Position numbers and translations under genes: made by a program | Part shown: positions 59,389 through 64,000 of the stretch, one piece after another | How positions within the stretch are numbered: position 1 is the stretch's first letter | Layout: the number at the start of each line of letters is the position of its first letter | NCBI GenBank assembly: GCA_963666735.1 | Contig: OY762926.1 | Span: 3,296,001-3,360,000, forward strand | DNA from: Gemmatimonadota bacterium | GTDB lineage: Bacteria > Gemmatimonadota > Gemmatimonadetes > Palauibacterales > Palauibacteraceae | Length of the DNA: 64,000 nucleotides | Direction: 5' to 3' | The notes under the pieces: model-generated | The model's database searches: none | What the model was told of the DNA's origin: nothing | What the model saw: only the letters and a program-made list of their open reading frames with translations

Positions 59389-60539
59389 CAGGCCCCCAGG
59401 TACCGGAGGGTCAGGCACGTGATGTCGTCCGATTGGTCCGCCTCTCCCGCATGTTCCTGCACCGCCCGTATCACGTGGCGGTTGATGTCCTCCGCGGACG
59501 AGCCGTGGCATTCGCCCAGAACCTCGGCCAGCCTCTTATCGCCGAGTTCGGCCCCGTCCTCGTCCATCGCCTCCGTCACGCCGTCCGTGTAGAAGAAAAC
59601 GGCATCTCCCGGCTCGAGCGCGATCGACCCCCTGGGGAAGTCGACCCCGGACATGATCCCGAGGACGATGCCCGGATCGGTGACGATCTGCTCGACCTCT
59701 CCCGGCGCCTTGATGAGGAACGGAGGATTGTGCCCCGCGTTCGCGAACGTAGCCTCACCGTTCGCGGGATTGAACTTGGTGTAGAAGAGAGTCACGAACA
59801 TCGACTCCTCGTTCTCGTTGATGAGCAACTGGTTCACCTCCTCGAGACAGACCGAGGGGTCGGCCTCGCCGATCGCCGTCCCCTTGAGCAGCGTGCGGCT
59901 CACCATCATGAAGAAGGCCGCCGGCACGCCCTTGCCCGAGACATCGGCCATGACGATCGCCATGTGATCTTCCTCGAGGCGGAAGAAATCGTAGAAGTCC
60001 CCTCCCACCTCGCGGGCCGGTGTCATCCAGGCATGAAGCTCGTAACGCGGGTCGCTGGGGTAGTTCGTCGGCAGAATCGACTCCTGCATCCGCGCCGCCA
60101 CGCCAAGTTCCTGGCGCAGCGCCACCAGCGCATCGCGGTCGCGAAGCGCGGCTCGCATCACCGCGAGGTGTTCCAGGGTCTTGGCGATGGTGGTTTCGAG
60201 ATCCCCGAAGTCGATCGGCTTGGTGACGAAGTCGAAGGCGCCGCGATTCATGGCGGTGCGGATGTTCTTCATGTCCCCGTACGCCGTGACCATGACGGCG
60301 CGGAGGTCGCGGTCGAATTCGCTCAGCTGCGCCAGGAGGGTGAGGCCGTCCATCTCGGGCATGTTGATGTCGGAGAGCACAACGTCGACATCATCGTGTT
60401 GCCGGAGTTTCTCGAGGGCCTCGACCCCGTTTCCGGCAAAGACCATCTCGAATTCGCCCGAGCGGATCCGGCGCCGGAACTTTTGCCGGAGGAGCACCTC
60501 CAGATCGGGCTCGTCGTCTACTACCAGGATCTTCGGCAT
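59388..60539 (-). CDS. Receiver + PP2C/SpoIIE phosphatase (RsbU-like)
   Basis: ILVVDDE, SDINMP, VGGDFYD, ADVSGKG, YTDGVTE, DDIT. Confidence 0.92.
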   Translation of the reverse strand: MPKILVVDDEPDLEVLLRQKFRRRIRSGEFEMVFAGNGVEALEKLRQHDDVDVVLSDINMPEMDGLTLLAQLSEFDRDLRAVMVTAYGDMKNIRTAMNRGAFDFVTKPIDFGDLETTIAKTLEHLAVMRAALRDRDALVALRQELGVAARMQESILPTNYPSDPRYELHAWMTPAREVGGDFYDFFRLEEDHMAIVMADVSGKGVPAAFFMMVSRTLLKGTAIGEADPSVCLEEVNQLLINENEESMFVTLFYTKFNPANGEATFANAGHNPPFLIKAPGEVEQIVTDPGIVLGIMSGVDFPRGSIALEPGDAVFFYTDGVTEAMDEDGAELGDKRLAEVLGECHGSSAEDINRHVIRAVQEHAGEADQSDDITCLTLRYLGA

Positions 60540-60793
60540 CGAGGCCTCGGTTGAGGTGAATCGTCCCTCGCGGGATCCCGCACTTGTCCGAACCCGAGTC
60601 GAGTCGTCATCGTCTCTGTCGATTCGCGCGACGGTCCCGGCGCCAAGATGCGCCACGGTGCGGGAATCTCCAAAACCGGGGACCGGCCGCGCAATATGTC
60701 AAACGTCGGGAGTGAGCGTAGTTTCGGTGCCGGAGGCGCCCGGACCGGGTACGTGGACAACCGGCCACCAGGACCAACAGGAGCGGAGCGGGA

Positions 60794-61237
60794 TTGCGGA
60801 TCGCCGTCAAGCCGGACCCGAGCGAGCCACGTCGCGTGGTGGACGAGGTCGAGCGCTTCTGCCTCGAGCGCGGGCTTTCGCAGGACATCATCTTCCGCTT
60901 TCAGCTCTCGCTGGACGAGCTCCTGACGAACATCATCTCCTACGGCTTCGAGGGCGTGACGGGGGATCCGGTCATCACGGTGGACATTCGCCTCGGGGAC
61001 GCCGAGGTTGAGATTACGATTCGAGACAACGGCCGGCCGTTCAACCCGCTTGAGGACGCGGAGATTCCCGATTTGAGCCTGGCGGCGGAAGATCGTCCCA
61101 TCGGGGGTCTTGGCATCCACCTTACGAAGTCTTTTATTACCACGCTTGCATATGATCGGGTCGAGGGTTTCAACTGCCTTACCCTGACGCAGCCGCTGGG
61201 GGCTGCCGGAAGCGAGGAATCGCCAGATGAACATTGA
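60794..61237 (+). CDS. Anti-sigma factor Ser kinase (RsbW-like)
   Basis: DELLTNIISY, DNGRPFNP, GGLGIHL. Confidence 0.88.
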   Translation: MRIAVKPDPSEPRRVVDEVERFCLERGLSQDIIFRFQLSLDELLTNIISYGFEGVTGDPVITVDIRLGDAEVEITIRDNGRPFNPLEDAEIPDLSLAAEDRPIGGLGIHLTKSFITTLAYDRVEGFNCLTLTQPLGAAGSEESPDEH

Positions 61238-61562
61238 GACCAGCTATTCCGGAGATACCGCCGTGGGGGTGATCAGCGGCCGCGTAGACTCCAGCAACGC
61301 CAAGGACTTCGACGGTGAACTCTCCGGCATCATCGACGGGGGAGCGACCAACCTGGTCCTGGACTGCGGGAGTCTGCGCTACATCAGCAGCGCCGGGCTA
61401 CGGGCGCTGTTGATCGCCATCCGGAAGACCAACCAGGCCGGCGGAGGGCTCGCCCTGTGCCACGTGCCGGAGAACATCCTCGAAGTACTGGAGGTCAGCG
61501 GCTTCGTGCGGCTGACCAAGGTCTTCGATACGGTCGAAGAGGCTCAGGCCAGCTTCAAGTAG
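61227..61562 (+). CDS. STAS anti-anti-sigma factor (RsbV-like)
   Basis: GRVDS, YISSAGLR phospho-Ser motif. Confidence 0.9.
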   Translation: MNIETSYSGDTAVGVISGRVDSSNAKDFDGELSGIIDGGATNLVLDCGSLRYISSAGLRALLIAIRKTNQAGGGLALCHVPENILEVLEVSGFVRLTKVFDTVEEAQASFK

Positions 61563-61571
61563 GCACCGCCG

Positions 61572-61624
61572 CAAAAAAACCCGGAAAAAACAGGGGGGCG
61601 CACCGGGCCGCCGGCGCGCCCCCC
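61572..61624 (-). terminator. Rho-independent terminator of the porin gene
   Basis: GGGGGGCGC / GCGCCCCCC stem (61593-61624) followed by T-tracts on the minus strand. Confidence 0.75.
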
Positions 61625-61650
61625 GAACCGTCGCGGCCCATCCGGGCCCG

Positions 61651-62706
61651 TCAGAAGAACGCGAACGCCTGCACCTTCCAGGACCAGTCCGACCGGCCGC
61701 CCGAGCTGTAGAAGTCCACGTTCGTGGAGATTCCGTTTCGACCCGTGAAGTACACCATGACGCCGGGCGTGATCACCGTACCGGTGACCTTTTCCGGGTT
61801 CTCCGCGCCGGAATCGACCCAGCTTACCCGTAGCATCGGCTCGATCCCCGAGAACCCGGATTCGGGCGCCGTGGGCAGATACCAGAAGGCCATGAGCTGG
61901 AAGGCGGAGAACTTCGCGTCGTCGTTCAGCTTCCAGTTGCGGCCCTGCAGGATGTTGGCGATCAGGTGGGGACCGCCGAGCCACGTGCCGAGTTCCACCT
62001 CGGCCCCGATGGCCGGTACGCCCATCGTCTCCCCCTGGCTGTTCAGCGTCTCGTCCAGGGCGAAGTAGGCGGACACCCGCGTATCACCCGCCGGGAAGAG
62101 AGAGAGCTGGCCCGAGGCCGACTTCCCGGTGTTCACGTCCTTGTTCCCGATCCCCTCGCCGTTGGTGAGCGTGAAGCGGTAGCCGAAGCGCTCGCTTACG
62201 CGCCCCTGCGCGAGGATGCCCGGTTCGTAGTTGTCCAGGCCCAGCGAGCCGGTGAGACGGCCGAAGGTACAAACGCTGCCGACGCCGGGGCAGTGGTCCA
62301 CGCCCGTGACCCTGGCGTCCCGTTCGATGATCGGGAGCCAGGAGTTGGGCACGAGCCAGAAATACGACATCCCCTTCTTGAACTGCCCCAGCTGGATCTC
62401 CAGTGCCTCGCTCGGCGTGAGTTCCAGGTAGGCTTCGAGAACCGAGGCGCCGTCGATGTTGAACTGGGCCCGGGCCCCGACGAGATCGTTGAGCCTCCCG
62501 TCGATCGTCACCCACGCGCGGCGGATGAAGAAGGACGAAGGCGTCTCGTCAACGCTCGAAGCCTCGTACTGGGCCTGGATTCGGGCGCCCACCGTGACGG
62601 TGGAGCCGCCACGCGCCCGGATTTCCTGGCCATGGAGGGGGTGGACCGCGGAGAGCGCCAGCCCCAGCCCGAATGCGGCGACCACTCCAATGGAGCGTTT
62701 CCACAT
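61651..62706 (-). CDS. Outer-membrane porin (OprO/OprP-like)
   Basis: Signal peptide; FFIRRA, LEAY, GQFK, IER, terminal Phe. Confidence 0.75.
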   Translation of the reverse strand: MWKRSIGVVAAFGLGLALSAVHPLHGQEIRARGGSTVTVGARIQAQYEASSVDETPSSFFIRRAWVTIDGRLNDLVGARAQFNIDGASVLEAYLELTPSEALEIQLGQFKKGMSYFWLVPNSWLPIIERDARVTGVDHCPGVGSVCTFGRLTGSLGLDNYEPGILAQGRVSERFGYRFTLTNGEGIGNKDVNTGKSASGQLSLFPAGDTRVSAYFALDETLNSQGETMGVPAIGAEVELGTWLGGPHLIANILQGRNWKLNDDAKFSAFQLMAFWYLPTAPESGFSGIEPMLRVSWVDSGAENPEKVTGTVITPGVMVYFTGRNGISTNVDFYSSGGRSDWSWKVQAFAFF

Positions 62707-62899
62707 GATGATATGCCCTCTCGTCGAAGATTCCGGTACAGCCGGGTCACTCCCGAAGATAATCGGCCGCCGCCGTTCGGCTACCGGCCCGCCGATAACC
62801 GTTGCGCGATGCCGGGAAGCGATGCAACCTGTTGCAACCTAAAACAAGAGTCGCGCAGGGGCATGACCGAGCTACAAACCTGCTGAAGGAGGAGCCGCC

Positions 62900-64000
62900 G
62901 TGAGCACCCATCAGGTACGCTGGCCCCGCCGGAGGGCGGCGGGAAGGAACCTCGCAACCACCGCGCTGCTCTGCGGCGCGGGCCTTCTTGTGGCTCCGGC
63001 GGTCCTCGCCGCGCAGGACGGTGGCGGCGATCTCGGGTTCGTTCTCAACACGTATTCGTTCCTCGTCTGGGGCGTGCTCGTGATGTGGATGTGCGCGGGC
63101 TTCACGATGCTCGAAGCCGGATCCGTAAGATCCAAGAGCGCGTCGATGATCTGCATGAAGAACATTGGACTGTACGCCATCGCGGGTCTCACGTACTACA
63201 TCATCGGCTACAACCTCATGTATGTCGACGTCGGGAGCGTGATCGGGTCGATCAGCCTCCTCTACGGTCCGTCCGCCGACGAAGTCGCGCTTCTCGGGGG
63301 GAACGAGGGCGCGGCCGGCGCCGTGGCCGAGAACGGCTACTCCGTGATGTCGGACTGGTTCTTCCAGATGGTCTTCGTGGCCACGACCGCCTCCATCGTC
63401 TCCGGAGCGCTGGCGGAGCGGGTCAAGCTGTGGACCTTCTTCGTCTTCGTGGCCGTGCTCACCGCGGTCATCTATCCCGTCGTCGGCGCATGGACGTGGG
63501 GCGGCGGCTGGCTCGGGCAGATGGGCTTCACGGACTTCGCCGGCTCGACGATCGTGCACTCGACCGGCGGCTGGGCGGCGCTCGCCGGCGCGCTCGTCGT
63601 GGGTCCGCGCTGGGGAAAATACCGCAAGGACGGCTCCGTCAAGCTGACCCCTCCGTCGAACATCCCGGCCGTCACGCTGGGGGTGTTCATCCTCTGGATG
63701 GGCTGGTTCGGCTTCAACGGCGGCTCCGAACTCGCCCTCTCCGGCGTCGTCAACGCGGTTTCGATGAGCAACATCCTCGTGAACACGAACCTCGCCGCCG
63801 CGGCCGGCGTTATCACGGCGCTCTGCCTGTCCCGGCCCCTGCTCGGCCGGGTCGACCTCTTCGCCACGCTCAACGGGGCGATCTCCGGCATGGTGGCGAT
63901 CACGGCGGGACCCAACATCACCAACTCGCTGTGGGCGATCCTGATCGGCGCCATCGGCTCCGTCCTGTGCATGCTCGGACTGAAGCTGCTGGAAGTGCGC
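62900..64000 (+). CDS. amtB: Ammonium transporter, runs off window edge
   Basis: Manual translation after AAGGAGG: AGFTMLEAG, FFQMVF, SGALAER, DFAGSTIVH, GWFGFNGGS. Confidence 0.93.
   Translation, partial: MSTHQVRWPRRRAAGRNLATTALLCGAGLLVAPAVLAAQDGGGDLGFVLNTYSFLVWGVLVMWMCAGFTMLEAGSVRSKSASMICMKNIGLYAIAGLTYYIIGYNLMYVDVGSVIGSISLLYGPSADEVALLGGNEGAAGAVAENGYSVMSDWFFQMVFVATTASIVSGALAERVKLWTFFVFVAVLTAVIYPVVGAWTWGGGWLGQMGFTDFAGSTIVHSTGGWAALAGALVVGPRWGKYRKDGSVKLTPPSNIPAVTLGVFILWMGWFGFNGGSELALSGVVNAVSMSNILVNTNLAAAAGVITALCLSRPLLGRVDLFATLNGAISGMVAITAGPNITNSLWAILIGAIGSVLCMLGLKLLEVR

Overview
High-GC bacterial chromosomal window. The many secreted and lipoprotein enzymes, the Ig-like lipoprotein and the Bat operon suggest Gemmatimonadota or Acidobacteriota (inference). 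Left part: cobalt-type nitrile hydratase operon whose alpha subunit has a Tat-like leader; AAA_14/DUF4143 ATPase; ComD/ComE-like decarboxylase; a TonB-receptor module; a PQQ dehydrogenase divergent from a cytochrome c/copper-monooxygenase fusion; prolyl oligopeptidase. Middle: a ~12 kb defence-type island (vapBC, pRiA4b ORF3, DprA+PRTase, KAP NTPase, brxL, pglZ, AlbA_2 ATPase and a truncated homologue), then an MFS transporter, an ARPP-1/MerR pair and a circularly permuted Tat-lipoprotein D-amino-acid oxidase. Right part: moxR-DUF58-batABCDE operon; a Tat-lipoprotein FMN hydroxy-acid oxidase with an inserted CxxCH; a MITE-like element; a binding-protein/kinase/RsbU plus RsbW/RsbV cascade; a porin and a partial amtB. 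No rRNA, tRNA, CRISPR array, integrase or transposase was recognised. All family calls are by eye from motifs, not database searches, and several start codons were reassigned manually.
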